A stretch of DNA of 64,000 nt from an uncultured delta proteobacterium (lineage in GTDB: Bacteria > Desulfobacterota > RBG-13-43-22), in the NCBI GenBank assembly GCA_963790475.1, contig CAWBOS010000012.1, positions 928,001 to 992,000 on the forward strand. The letters run 5' to 3'. The notes beneath the pieces were generated by a model that saw only the letters and a list, made by a program, of their open reading frames with translations, was not told where the DNA came from and ran no database searches. A program made the position numbers and the translations under genes. Each line of letters opens with the position of its first letter. Position 1 is the stretch's first letter. Of the stretch, positions 1 through 9,936 are shown piece after piece.

Positions 1-825
1 CTGGAAGAAATTCCGGAGATCAAGGAAAAGATCCGGGATATTTCTTTAGACTTCCTTCAGGATGGACTGCATTTTTTGGTTAATTCCGAAATGGAATTGC
101 GAAGGGCACCCCAACCCCGACTGGTCCTGGAGATGATTCTCCTCCGGACGGCCCGTTTCCGGGAATTAATTCCCATCGATACTATCCTGGAACGATTGGA
201 ACAGCTCCAGGGACAGGACTTCTCATCTCAGGCTCCTCCCGCTGTCGTTAGTGAGGCCCCCCTGGCGACACCGAAAAAAATACCGCCGTTGAAAGAGGCC
301 CGCCCGGCCTATGCCTCTCAAAGCCGGCCGGAAAAATCGGAAGAAGAGGGGTTGGAAAAAGAGTCTGTCCCCGCCCCTGCCTTGGAAACTCCGGTCGAGT
401 CCCCAATTCTGAAGGGAGATGAATTATTTTCCAAAGAAAGTCTACTGGAATTTATCCGTCAGCAACATCTCCCTCTGGCCACCTATTTGGCCCAAAGCGA
501 AGTCCGGTTTGTGGATGAAAACACCCTGGAATGGGATTTTAAAGAGAATGCCTTTCACCTGGAGTTGATGGAAAGCAACAGCAACAAAAAGAAATTAGAA
601 ACCATTTGCCAAGATTTTTTTAAACGAAAGATAAAGGTTCAGTTTCTTGGCCCGGAAAAGGAAAACCAAAAAGGCCGGCGGTCCGAGCCTGCCGGTCATG
701 GACGACCCAAAAGACTTTCCATCAAGGAAGCCGTGGTCCAGCCCCAGATAAAAGACCTGATCGACATCTTTCAAGCCGAGGTGGTGGATATCAAGATGCC
801 CCCGGAAAATGGAGAAGGGCTCTGA
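1..825 (+). CDS. dnaX: DNA polymerase III subunit gamma/tau, C-terminal part (5' end outside the window)
   Basis: Frame is open from base 1. EMELRRAPQPRLVLEMILLR matches the end of DnaX domain III, followed by a Pro/Glu-rich linker and a C-terminal domain ending in IDIFQAEVVDIK. Confidence 0.85.
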   Translation: MEEIPEIKEKIRDISLDFLQDGLHFLVNSEMELRRAPQPRLVLEMILLRTARFRELIPIDTILERLEQLQGQDFSSQAPPAVVSEAPLATPKKIPPLKEARPAYASQSRPEKSEEEGLEKESVPAPALETPVESPILKGDELFSKESLLEFIRQQHLPLATYLAQSEVRFVDENTLEWDFKENAFHLELMESNSNKKKLETICQDFFKRKIKVQFLGPEKENQKGRRSEPAGHGRPKRLSIKEAVVQPQIKDLIDIFQAEVVDIKMPPENGEGL

Positions 826-841
826 TTTGCCTAAAGCAATA

Positions 842-1534
842 CTAAAACCTTAGTTTGGCGACTTTCATGCCTGCTCGCCTTAATCGCTCACAATCTCTTT
901 CCAGACGTTTGGTGGCTACGGTCTTGACTTCCGACTGATATCCCTTCGAATCTTCGTAGGAGCCAAAACCATATAGTTTTTCAATAGTTGTCAGGCCTTC
1001 ATTTGTTTTGAATCCGAATTCCGCTACACAGGCAAACCCTTTTTTTTCAAGACCTTCTTGCGTAAGTTGGAGATCGGGAAACTTAAGGGTCAGATCAACG
1101 GATACCGGCACCCCCGCCCGGCAGAGTTGAATAAAGTCCTGAAGTCTCAAAGCCGGCCTTTTGATCGGGGCATCATCGGGTAGTTTTGCAAAGGAATTTT
1201 CCAGGGTGAAAAAATCCTCTTTTAGCATAATCCCCGCCTTTTTCAGCCTGTTGTAATCCAGTTGCAAGCGGTTATTGGCAATCAGAATACATTCCAGGGG
1301 ATGTCGAACCGAGTCTTCGGCGAACAAATAATTTTTTTTGATCTTAAAAGGTTTTCCGTCGACTTTGCCGCTGTATTCCACGGATAAAACATTGGTATCC
1401 ACAGGGCGGCCAATCCGTTCGACCGTAATGATTTCACTTAAGAACTTTGTTTTAATAGACACCTTTTTGCCAGAGGCGGCATCTTTTATCAATTCGGCCA
1501 GCATAGTTACCGATTGAGCTTGAGCACTTACCAT
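842..1534 (-). CDS. hypothetical protein made of two tandem homologous ~100-aa domains
   Basis: 230-aa ORF with AGGAGG RBS. The halves share a motif: KKNYLF..IANNRLQLDYNRLKKAGI versus EKLYGF..VATKRLERDCERLRRAGM. Confidence 0.8.
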   Translation of the reverse strand: MVSAQAQSVTMLAELIKDAASGKKVSIKTKFLSEIITVERIGRPVDTNVLSVEYSGKVDGKPFKIKKNYLFAEDSVRHPLECILIANNRLQLDYNRLKKAGIMLKEDFFTLENSFAKLPDDAPIKRPALRLQDFIQLCRAGVPVSVDLTLKFPDLQLTQEGLEKKGFACVAEFGFKTNEGLTTIEKLYGFGSYEDSKGYQSEVKTVATKRLERDCERLRRAGMKVAKLRF

Positions 1535-1617
1535 ATTTCTCCTCCTGTCCGCCCGCAGAGGGCCGGTTACAGAAACCCCTCAACCAATTTTTAACGCTAT
1601 TGTCCAAAAATTACTAT

Positions 1618-1633
1618 TGCAAATGATGAGCCA
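1618..1633 (-). promoter_or_regulatory. putative sigma-54 (-24/-12) promoter for the 842..1534 gene
   Basis: Minus strand reads TGGCTCATCATTTGCA, i.e. GG-N10-GC, about 85 nt upstream of the start codon. Confidence 0.65.
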
Positions 1634-1725
1634 AAAAACAAACGGCCCTATTTACTGTAACCTACTATAAATATTGCTTAATATTGTAGCGAGAAAATCG
1701 TCCTTCCTTGGTGAAGGTTTTTGTC

Positions 1726-1753
1726 TGTTGAATATTTTTACAAGTTGTAAAAA
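1726..1753. promoter_or_regulatory. putative upstream activator (bEBP) site / palindrome
   Basis: Perfect 9-1-9 palindrome TTTTTACAA-G-TTGTAAAAA (1735-1753) overlapping TGT-N11-ACA (1726-1742), about 100 nt upstream of the sigma-54 motif. Confidence 0.45.
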
Positions 1754-1807
1754 GACAATGCAACAGAAGGGCGGCCTTTGGTGATCTTCCACTAATCATA
1801 CTTTTGG

Positions 1808-2965
1808 TCAGTCAATTCCTCTCAGCCCATCGGCGATGCGGATGTTTACCGCCCGATAGACCGGGAAAAGGGCGGCTACAAAACCCACCACGGCCGAGAC
1901 CCCCAGGGCCATCCAAAGGGTACCCGGGTGAATCGTGAAAATCGGGAAAAAGTTTTCCAATTGTCCGGATACCAGCCGGACCACCGGGAAGGTAAGTCCT
2001 ATCCCTAAGACCCCGCCGGCCAGGGCAATAAGTAAAGATTCTCCGCAAATTATAAAAAAAATAGTCCAACCTCCGAAACCGAGGGTTTTTAAGGTGGCGT
2101 ATTCGGCCGCCCGTTCCCTGGCGGTCATGGCCATGGTATTGGCCAGGACAATCATGATGATAATAATGACCACAATGGAGATGACCTTTATTGAAACAAC
2201 AATGGCTCCGGTCATGGCAATAAAGCCGAGTTGGAAGGCCTTCTCGGTTTCGGTCAGGGTCTCGGCCAGAGAATTCTTGAAGGTTCGATCCACCGCTTGA
2301 GTAATCTCCGGGGCCTTGAATGGATCGGCCAGCCGGATTACGTACCAGCCCACCTGGTTGGCCCGGGTAGGGGCTACGCGTTTTACCTGTTCATTCAGAT
2401 AATCCCAATGGAAAAAGAATTGGGTCTCATCCACGCCTTGCCGGGTTCCGTGATAAATCCCTCTCAGGACAAATTCCCAGTTTCCGGGAAAGATGACCCC
2501 GCGCAGGGCAATGACTTCTCCGATCTTCCAGTGGTATTTGTTCACCAGCTTTCGCCCGGCGATACAGGCCTTTCTCTCCCGCAGGAAGGCCGCCTTCTGG
2601 TCTTCGGGGATACCGATTTCGGGGTAGAGGTTGAAAAAAGATTTGGCGTCTATGGCTATTTGAGGGAAAAAGTTTTTTTCGTCAATATAAACCCCTCCAA
2701 ACCAGTTGGCATAGGTGACATCCGTCACTTCGGGAATCTGCTTGATTTTAGTCAGATAGGAAAGGGGGAGGGGAAAGATCAGGGAAATGGCACTTCGGGT
2801 GATCAAGCGGTTGGCGGCCGAGGCCTCCACCCCGGCATACCAGGCATGAATCAAAGTCCGGAGCAGGCAAAAGGCGAGAACGGCCACGGCAATGCCGATA
2901 ATGGTCAGACCGGTGCGGAGTTTGTGTCGAAGGGTGTTATTAAAAACAATCTTGAAAAGTTTCAT
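1808..2965 (-). CDS. ABC transporter permease, MacB/FtsX family
   Basis: N-terminal TM after NTLRHKLRT, a periplasmic domain, and a C-terminal FtsX-like NTMAMTARERAAEYATLKTLGF with three TMs. Start taken at MKLF. Confidence 0.9.
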   Translation of the reverse strand: MKLFKIVFNNTLRHKLRTGLTIIGIAVAVLAFCLLRTLIHAWYAGVEASAANRLITRSAISLIFPLPLSYLTKIKQIPEVTDVTYANWFGGVYIDEKNFFPQIAIDAKSFFNLYPEIGIPEDQKAAFLRERKACIAGRKLVNKYHWKIGEVIALRGVIFPGNWEFVLRGIYHGTRQGVDETQFFFHWDYLNEQVKRVAPTRANQVGWYVIRLADPFKAPEITQAVDRTFKNSLAETLTETEKAFQLGFIAMTGAIVVSIKVISIVVIIIIMIVLANTMAMTARERAAEYATLKTLGFGGWTIFFIICGESLLIALAGGVLGIGLTFPVVRLVSGQLENFFPIFTIHPGTLWMALGVSAVVGFVAALFPVYRAVNIRIADGLRGID

Positions 2966-3145
2966 GAAAGTTGAGGGGCGATAAAGTTTTTTGGCATAGA
3001 GTCCACAGCGGGCACAGGTTTTAATTGTAAGCGGTGAGAGGCTATTTCCACTCACCCCACATCATCCGTCTTGCACTGGAAGGACATTTCCCTAAAGAAC
3101 AGGGGTGTTGGCCTTATTGGTCTTTCATAAAAAAATAAGGCTATT

Positions 3146-3328
3146 TTATTGAGACAAAATGCCTAACAGGCCATGGATGGTAGCGATGATGAACAACAAT
3201 ATTCCTGTTTTCCTATGGACCCCGAAACGCACCTTAATCCAGCGAAGCCCCGTGGCTAATTGAAAAAAAAGGAACAGGAAATTGATGATCCCCAGAATCA
3301 ATATGATGGATATTCCCCCGATAGCCAT
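3146..3328 (-). CDS. small two-TM membrane protein with His residues
   Basis: 60-aa hydrophobic ORF with GAGG RBS; His in VHRKTG and TIHG. Confidence 0.7.
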   Translation of the reverse strand: MAIGGISIILILGIINFLFLFFQLATGLRWIKVRFGVHRKTGILLFIIATIHGLLGILSQ

Positions 3329-3344
3329 AGGACCTCTTTCAATT

Positions 3345-3449
3345 TTGATAAGCTCGTAAAAAGTCAGAATGGGTGTCTGTCAGTCTTTCCGGCCAGGGTG
3401 ACGGGGAAGACAAAAATGGGCTTTCGGTGACTTTTCATGAGTCCTCCAT
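3345..3449. mobile_element. MITE-like element with ~21-bp imperfect terminal inverted repeats
   Basis: TTGATAAGCTCGTAAAAAGTC ... GACTTTTCATGAGTCCTCCA. Related ends occur at 19854, 29946, 35616-35750 and 45797-46067. Confidence 0.6.
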
Positions 3450-3685
3450 TATTCTTTAATTGTAATCTTCCAGTTAGCCGGGCCGGCGCTGCCGTGCCTA
3501 TTGCAGTTGGCCTCGGCGGTCAGTTCGATAGGCTCATTGACCGGAATCTTGACCTCTCGGCTGAAAACAGCCGCCTCAGGCCGATTGCCACTGGGAAAAT
3601 CCCAGCGGGAAAATTCCTTCCCGTTGACCTTCAAAGTCACCCAATTGGTATAATGAAAAAAGTTAGGATTCTTGGAAAAGATTCT
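3449..3685 (-). pseudogene. 5'-truncated desulfoferrodoxin/superoxide-reductase-like metal-binding domain
   Basis: Frame reads NFFHYTNWVTLKVNG...AEANCNRHGS (His plus CxxHG ligand pattern). No start codon or signal peptide upstream of HYTNW; the frame runs directly into the Yip1 stop codon. Confidence 0.6.
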
Positions 3686-4279
3686 CTACATCAAACCCCG
3701 GCCCATTCTTCCAAAACCGAATAAGGAATTGGATATCACGCCGATGAGGATGAAAACCACGATACTGACCAGGATGGTGACGATAAAATATCCAATGGCT
3801 TTGTCCCTTGGGGTCTCCATCAAAACGGGTAAACCCAGGTAAAAAAGATAAAGACTGTAAAGGGACAGGAGCACGGCGATAGGTGAAAGGGCCGGTATAA
3901 TCATCAGGATGCCGGCTATCCAGGAAGGGGTCCAGGAAAAGACAGCCACCTTCATGGCATTAACCTGATTTTTTTGAGAACCAAAACTAGGGGCCAACGC
4001 ATCGATTATTAAGCCAACGACATAGAGTCCCACCAGGGACAGAATATAGGAAACCACTGCATGGCTGATTCCCCATCCCAAAGGGACGCGGTAAGAAAAG
4101 GCCAGCACGGAAAAACCCAGCAGGGACAAGCCGATAAAGGAGGCTATGGGGGGGATAGCGGCCAAAAACACGGCATAAGAGGTATACAGCTCTTTGATGG
4201 TTACCTGTTCCGCCTTAATTTCGGCCCAGGTATCCGATGGTTTTAAGATGATGTCTTTTACCCTTTGAACGATGTTCAT
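3686..4279 (-). CDS. Yip1 family membrane protein
   Basis: MNIVQRVKDIILKPSDTWAEIKAE, IDALAPSFG and YSLYLFYLGLPVLM motifs, about five TMs, AAGGAGG RBS before ATG 4279. Confidence 0.9.
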   Translation of the reverse strand: MNIVQRVKDIILKPSDTWAEIKAEQVTIKELYTSYAVFLAAIPPIASFIGLSLLGFSVLAFSYRVPLGWGISHAVVSYILSLVGLYVVGLIIDALAPSFGSQKNQVNAMKVAVFSWTPSWIAGILMIIPALSPIAVLLSLYSLYLFYLGLPVLMETPRDKAIGYFIVTILVSIVVFILIGVISNSLFGFGRMGRGLM

Positions 4280-4572
4280 TGTCGGCCTCCTTGAGAAATT
4301 TAATTTACACCTTTTAATATGGTATCTTAAACTGCCGATCATGGTCAAATAAAAAAAACCGGTGGCCTTTGTCCGGGAGGGGGAAATTATTTTTCCTTAG
4401 CCAAAAGCATCTGTTTCTTGACAACAGGCTAAATATTAAGCTAAATTATGCTATCGCCCTCGTGCTGAATCCTCAGGATTCTGGCGGCTCCTAAGAATCA
4501 TATAAATGCTCTCGGCCCCCCCTTTGGAAAAGGGAAATTAAGGGGCAATTTTTGCAGTAAGGAAACGGACCA

Positions 4573-6003
4573 ATGTCTGACTTGGAAGCGGTTATCGGGT
4601 TGGAAATTCACGCCCAATTATTGACGGAAAGTAAAATCTTTTGCGGATGTTCCACCCGTTTCGGGGCGGAACCCAATACCCATACCTGTCCGGTCTGTCT
4701 GGGTCTGCCCGGTTCTCTGCCGGTCCTCAATAAAAAAGTGGTTGAATATACGCTGCGTATGGCCCTGGCCACCCATTGTTCCATCGCCCCTTACAGCCTT
4801 TCAGCCCGAAAAAATTATTTCTATCCCGACCTGCCCAAGGGATACCAGATTTCTCAATTTGAATTGCCGCTGGCCGAAAAGGGTTGGATTGATATTGAGG
4901 TGAACGGCCAGGCTAAAAGGATCGGCATCACCCGGATTCATATCGAAGAGGATGCCGGGAAACTGATCCATGATGAGGTTCGTCCGGTCAGTTACGTGGA
5001 CTTTAACAGGACAGGGGTTCCTTTGATGGAGATTGTCAGCGAGCCCGATCTGCGGACTCCGGAAGAAGCCGGTGAATATCTGAGACGGTTGAGGGAGATT
5101 TTACGTTACCTGGATATCTGCGACGGTAATATGGAAGAAGGCAGTTTTCGCTGTGATGCCAACATCTCCATGCGACCGATTGGTTCCCCCGGATTCGGGA
5201 CCAAGGCCGAATTAAAAAACATGAATTCTTTTAAGCATGTGGAAAAAGCCTTGGATTTTGAAATCAGACGACAGCGGGCCGTCCTGGAAGACGGCGGCGA
5301 GATCACCCAGGAAACCCGGCTCTGGGATACGGCCCGAGGGGTGACGCTGTCCATGCGGGGCAAGGAAGAAGCCCACGATTATCGCTACTTTCCCGACCCG
5401 GATTTGATCCCTTTGGAAATCAGCCGGGAATGGATCGAGTCGGTTCGGGAAAGTCTGCCTGAACTCCCGGAAGCCAAACGACAACGTTTCATCAGCCGGT
5501 ATGGGCTGCCGGAATATGATACCCAGGTTCTGACCTCTTCCAAGGCCCTGGCCAATTATTTTGAAGAATGTGTTCGGCTTCACCCCCAACCCAAAACGGT
5601 CAGCAACTGGATTATGGTGGAATTGGTTCGGGAATTAAAAAGAAAAGAACAAGACATTGAGCACTGCCCGGTATCAGCCGAAAATTTGGCCGCCCTTTTG
5701 GACCTGATTCAGGAAAGGGTAATCAGCGGTAAGATGGCCAAAGCTGTTTTTGAAGAGATGTTTGAAACGGGCCGATCCTCCAAAACCATCGTCCAGGACA
5801 GGGGGTTGATCCAGATGACCGATGCGGCTCAGATCCAGGCTGTTATTGAAGAAGTTTTTAAGAAAAATCCGGATAAGATCACGGCCTATAAAGAAGGAAA
5901 GACCAAGCTCTTCGGATATTTCGTCGGAGAAGTCATGAAAAAGACCCAGGGAAAGGCCAACCCGAAAATCGTTAATGAGATTCTAAAGAAAAGGTTGGAT
6001 TAG
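4573..6003 (+). CDS. gatB: Asp-tRNA(Asn)/Glu-tRNA(Gln) amidotransferase subunit B
   Basis: [59 protein letters not shown]. Confidence 0.99.
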   Translation: MSDLEAVIGLEIHAQLLTESKIFCGCSTRFGAEPNTHTCPVCLGLPGSLPVLNKKVVEYTLRMALATHCSIAPYSLSARKNYFYPDLPKGYQISQFELPLAEKGWIDIEVNGQAKRIGITRIHIEEDAGKLIHDEVRPVSYVDFNRTGVPLMEIVSEPDLRTPEEAGEYLRRLREILRYLDICDGNMEEGSFRCDANISMRPIGSPGFGTKAELKNMNSFKHVEKALDFEIRRQRAVLEDGGEITQETRLWDTARGVTLSMRGKEEAHDYRYFPDPDLIPLEISREWIESVRESLPELPEAKRQRFISRYGLPEYDTQVLTSSKALANYFEECVRLHPQPKTVSNWIMVELVRELKRKEQDIEHCPVSAENLAALLDLIQERVISGKMAKAVFEEMFETGRSSKTIVQDRGLIQMTDAAQIQAVIEEVFKKNPDKITAYKEGKTKLFGYFVGEVMKKTQGKANPKIVNEILKKRLD

Positions 6004-6092
6004 CGGATTGTTGGTCCAGCTTAGCATCTAAAATAGAAATAGGCCAGCACCGACAAAAATAGGTCAGGCATCTTGCCGGATATGAGGTTTTT

Positions 6093-7133
6093 ATGATCAA
6101 AACCATTGAATGGAAAAACAACCGGGTGATTATGATCGATCAGCGGAAACTGCCCGGGCAGGAAACCTATGTGGTCTGTTCCGACTATCATCAGGTCATC
6201 AAAGCCATTAAGGAGATGGTTATCCGCGGGGCACCGGCAATAGGTGTTGCCGCAGCCATGGGAGTTGCTCTGGGTGCCGAAGCGATAAAGGCCGATACCC
6301 TGAAAAGTTTCCTGAACCGTTTTAATAAGATCTGTGAGGATATCACCCGAGCCAGACCCACGGCGGTCAATCTTTCTTGGGCCGTTGAACGGATGCGGAA
6401 TCTTGTTGATAACAGTGTTAATAAAAAAATAGAAGTCCTTAAGAAAGCCTTGATTCAAGAGGCCCGGCACATGCTGGTCGAGGACATTGCCATTAATAAG
6501 CGGCTTGGTTCCATGGGGCAAAAAGTAATCAAAAACCGGGCCACGGTCTTAACCCACTGCAATGCCGGGGCTTTGGCTACCGGAGGGTACGGAACGGCCC
6601 TGGGGGTCATCCGGGCGGCCAAGGAGGCCGGAAAACAAGTGCAAGTCATCGCCGATGAAACCCGTCCCTTTCTGCAAGGGACCCGGTTAACAGCCTGGGA
6701 ATTAGTCCGGGAACACATATCGGTGACATTGATTACCGACAATATGGCCGGTTATCTGATGAAGAAGGGCTTGATTGATGTAGTCATTGTCGGGGCCGAC
6801 CGGATAGCCGCCAATGGGGATACGGCCAACAAAATCGGGACCTATTCGGTAGCCGTTCTGGCTAAGGAGCATGGTATCCCTTTTTATGTAGCCGCCCCTC
6901 GTTCCACTGTTGACCGTCAGATCAAAACGGGTGAGGACATCCCCATAGAAGAACGAAATGAAAAAGAGGTGACTCATGTGGCCGGGAAGAGGATGGCTCC
7001 CCTGGGAATCTCGGTCCTCAACCCGGCCTTTGATGTGACCCCTCATTCTTATATTACAGGTATTATCACAGAAAAGGGGATAATAAAAGCCCCCTTTCAA
7101 CGAAATATCGCTAAGCTTTGGCAAAAAAAATAA
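6093..7133 (+). CDS. mtnA: S-methyl-5-thioribose-1-phosphate isomerase
   Basis: IRGAPAIG, RPTAVNL, LTHCNAGALAT, ETRPFLQG, GADRIAANGDTANKIGTY, NPAFDVTP. Confidence 0.97.
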   Translation: MIKTIEWKNNRVIMIDQRKLPGQETYVVCSDYHQVIKAIKEMVIRGAPAIGVAAAMGVALGAEAIKADTLKSFLNRFNKICEDITRARPTAVNLSWAVERMRNLVDNSVNKKIEVLKKALIQEARHMLVEDIAINKRLGSMGQKVIKNRATVLTHCNAGALATGGYGTALGVIRAAKEAGKQVQVIADETRPFLQGTRLTAWELVREHISVTLITDNMAGYLMKKGLIDVVIVGADRIAANGDTANKIGTYSVAVLAKEHGIPFYVAAPRSTVDRQIKTGEDIPIEERNEKEVTHVAGKRMAPLGISVLNPAFDVTPHSYITGIITEKGIIKAPFQRNIAKLWQKK

Positions 7134-7247
7134 ATTTAGTAAGAAAATACACGGTCAAAGTTCAAGGTTCGACGTTTGATAAAATCCGATTTCATGTTTC
7201 TTCGTGCCCGCCTTAAGCGAGCTTGAGGGAAACTTTTATTTAATGAG

Positions 7248-8270
7248 GTGGTTATGGTGTTACCCGGTTCTGAAGTTCAAGAAATGGTCAAGGCGATCCA
7301 GACCTTTCCCAATTACAAGGTGTTGGTTATTGGTGATATCATGATGGATGAATTTCTTTGGGGGGAAGTCTCCCGTATCTCCCCCGAGGCACCGGTTCCC
7401 ATAGTGAAAGTTGAAAGAGAGACCTTTATGTTGGGAGGGGCGGCCAATGTGCTCAATAATTTGTTGGGTCTTAAAGGCCGGGTTTTATTGGCCGGGGTTA
7501 TCGGGTCTGACGGAATGGGAAGGAGACTGCTCCGAAACCTCCAATCCTTAGGGACCACTTCCGAAGGAATCGTGGTCGAAGAAGGAAGGCCGACATCCAT
7601 CAAGACCCGGGTCATTGCCCATAACCAGCAGGTGGTTCGGGTGGACCGGGAAAAAGTGATGCCCATTCAACCGGAAAGCTTAAAAAGCATCCTGAATATC
7701 ATCAAGAGAAACATCGCTCAAATTCAGGGGATCGTCATCTCCGACTATGGGAAGGGGGTAGTTTCTCAGGAATTGATGATCGGATTAAAAAAGATCTTGG
7801 GCAAAAATCCCCTCCCCATCTTAGTGGATCCGAAACCCAAAAACATCCGCTGGTATGATCGGGTGACTTTGATCACCCCTAATCATGAGGAAGCTGAGGC
7901 GGCGGTTGGGAAAAAGATCGAATCCGAAGAAGATCTCCTTCGGGCGGGAACACAACTTCTGAAAAAGATAAAATGTGAATCGGTATTGATTACCCGGGGG
8001 CCGGAGGGCATGACCCTCTTTTTAAAAAATAAAAAGATTGAGCATATTCCCACCGTGGCCCAAAAGGTCTTTGATGTAAGCGGGGCAGGGGATACGGTGA
8101 TCGCCACATTGATTCTCTCCCTGGCTTCGGGAATGAATATGATTCAGGCCTGTAAGACGGCCAATTATGCCGCCGGAATTGTCATTGGAGAGGTGGGGAC
8201 CGCAGCCGTTCGGGTGGGGAAGTTGATAAAGGTTTTGATGGAAGCGGGGGAAAAAGCTCATAGCTCGTAG
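7248..8270 (+). CDS. rfaE1: D-glycero-beta-D-manno-heptose-7-phosphate kinase (stand-alone kinase domain of HldE)
   Basis: RISPEAPVP, GGAANV, SDYGKG, TPNHEEA, VFDVSGAGDTV; no adenylyltransferase domain. Confidence 0.93.
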   Translation: MVMVLPGSEVQEMVKAIQTFPNYKVLVIGDIMMDEFLWGEVSRISPEAPVPIVKVERETFMLGGAANVLNNLLGLKGRVLLAGVIGSDGMGRRLLRNLQSLGTTSEGIVVEEGRPTSIKTRVIAHNQQVVRVDREKVMPIQPESLKSILNIIKRNIAQIQGIVISDYGKGVVSQELMIGLKKILGKNPLPILVDPKPKNIRWYDRVTLITPNHEEAEAAVGKKIESEEDLLRAGTQLLKKIKCESVLITRGPEGMTLFLKNKKIEHIPTVAQKVFDVSGAGDTVIATLILSLASGMNMIQACKTANYAAGIVIGEVGTAAVRVGKLIKVLMEAGEKAHSS

Positions 8271-8337
8271 CTCGTAGCTCAAAGGAAAACCATCCCAGTT
8301 TGCATTGGGTTTTGTAGTTCCCTGCGCGCTATGAGCT
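8255..8337. repeat. inverted heptamer tandem repeat (TAGCTC(A/G))n ... GCTATGAGCT
   Basis: agctca tagctcg tagctcg tagctc overlaps the rfaE1 stop codon; reverse copy at 8328-8337. Confidence 0.6.
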
Positions 8338-8362
8338 TAACACTAAAGGCAAGGGATAATTT

Positions 8363-8587
8363 ATGGCCAATTACTTAGTTACTGGCGGGGCCGGATTTAT
8401 CGGGTCCCATATTGCAAAGCCCCTTTTAGAAGAAGGACATCGGGTGCGGATCCTGGACAACTTTTCAACGGGACGCAGAGAAAATGTGAAGGCCATTGAG
8501 ACCATCGTTCCTTTGAGCCTGGAAATTATCGAGGGTGATATTCGGACATTTTGGCTGATGACAAGACCGCAAAATTCTGTTAGGTAG
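8363..8587 (+). pseudogene. N-terminal stub of an NAD-dependent epimerase/dehydratase
   Basis: [25 protein letters not shown], then similarity ends and a stop follows after 74 aa; the YxxxK catalytic region is missing. Confidence 0.85.
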
Positions 8588-8625
8588 TGGAGCAGTCGAG
8601 AGTCGGAAATAGGGGGGGATTCAAA

Positions 8626-9936
8626 ATGAACATCTGTGTGATTGGGGTCGGTTATGTGGGATTGGTTACCGGGGCCTGTTTTGCCGAATTCGGGATCCGG
8701 GTCACTTGTGTGGACAATGACCATAAAAAAATCGACCGCCTCAAGCAGGGCAAGATCCCCATTTATGAGCCTGGTCTGGAAGAAATGGTGGCTAAAAATG
8801 TCAAAGAAAACCGCCTTTTTTTCACCGACAATCTGGAAGAAGGGATTAAGCATTCTCTGGTCATCTTCATTGCTGTGGGCACCCCTCCGGATCGACAGGG
8901 GAAAGCGGATCTAAGATATGTCAAAGAAGTGGCCCAGGCCATTGCCCATACCATGGACGGTTATAAATTGATTGTTACCAAGAGTACCGTCCCGGTGGGA
9001 ACCGGAAAGATCCTCCAAGAAATAATCCGCAAGAACCAAAAAGAAAAATTCCCTTTTGATATCGTCTCCAATCCCGAATTTTTAAGGGAAGGGTCGGCGA
9101 TTGAAGATTTTTTAAGGCCCAACCGGGTGGTGATCGGGGCTGAAAGCGATCAGGCCGTGGCCATCATGAAGGACCTCTATACCCCGCTTTATCTGATCGA
9201 GACCCCGTTCATAATCACCACAGTGGAAACGGCTGAAATGATCAAATACGCCTCCAATGCCTTCCTGGCTACCAAAATTTCCTTCATCAATGAAATGGCC
9301 AATCTTTGTGAAAAAGTGGGGGCTGATATCCATCAGGTCTCCAAGGGAATGGGTTTGGATAAGCGGATCGGTTCAAAATTTCTGCATCCCGGCCCCGGAT
9401 TCGGCGGGTCCTGTTTTCCCAAAGATACCTCTGCCCTGGTCCAATTAGCCGATTCCCTGGGCTATGATTTTGAGATCGTCAAATCGGTTATCCGTGTCAA
9501 TCAGCGTCAGAAGAAACGGATGGTCGAAAAGATCCTCAAGGCCATCGGTTCGGTTAAAGGAAAAACCCTGGGCGTGTTGGGCATTACCTTTAAACCCAAT
9601 ACCAATGATATTCGGGATGCCCCATCCCTGTTCATCATCAAAAAATTGGAATCCCTGGGGGCCAAGATCAAGGCCTACGATCCGGCAGGAATGGAAGAAG
9701 GCCGGAAGATGCTGAAAAAAGTTTTATTTCAGGGAAATATCTATGATGTCGGGAAAGGGGCGGAGGCCTTGATCTTAGTTACCGAATGGAACCCCTTTCG
9801 AACCATTGATTGGGCCAAAATGAAACCCCTGTTGAAACGTCCGCTGGTTATTGATTTGAAAAATATGTATGAGCCGGCCAAGATGCATCAATTAGGGATA
9901 AAATATTATTGTGTGGGCAGACCGGCCGTTGAGTAA
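8626..9936 (+). CDS. ugd: UDP-glucose 6-dehydrogenase
   Basis: GVGYVGLV, IAVGTP, KSTVPVGT, SNPEFLREG, GFGGSCFPKD, FKPNTND. Confidence 0.95.
   Translation: MNICVIGVGYVGLVTGACFAEFGIRVTCVDNDHKKIDRLKQGKIPIYEPGLEEMVAKNVKENRLFFTDNLEEGIKHSLVIFIAVGTPPDRQGKADLRYVKEVAQAIAHTMDGYKLIVTKSTVPVGTGKILQEIIRKNQKEKFPFDIVSNPEFLREGSAIEDFLRPNRVVIGAESDQAVAIMKDLYTPLYLIETPFIITTVETAEMIKYASNAFLATKISFINEMANLCEKVGADIHQVSKGMGLDKRIGSKFLHPGPGFGGSCFPKDTSALVQLADSLGYDFEIVKSVIRVNQRQKKRMVEKILKAIGSVKGKTLGVLGITFKPNTNDIRDAPSLFIIKKLESLGAKIKAYDPAGMEEGRKMLKKVLFQGNIYDVGKGAEALILVTEWNPFRTIDWAKMKPLLKRPLVIDLKNMYEPAKMHQLGIKYYCVGRPAVE

Noticed and set aside
268-290. A7 run in dnaX as a programmed frameshift site (gamma/tau)
   Set aside because: Codons read CCG AAA AAA ATA, which is not an in-phase X XXY YYZ heptamer like A AAA AAG, and no clear stimulatory hairpin follows.
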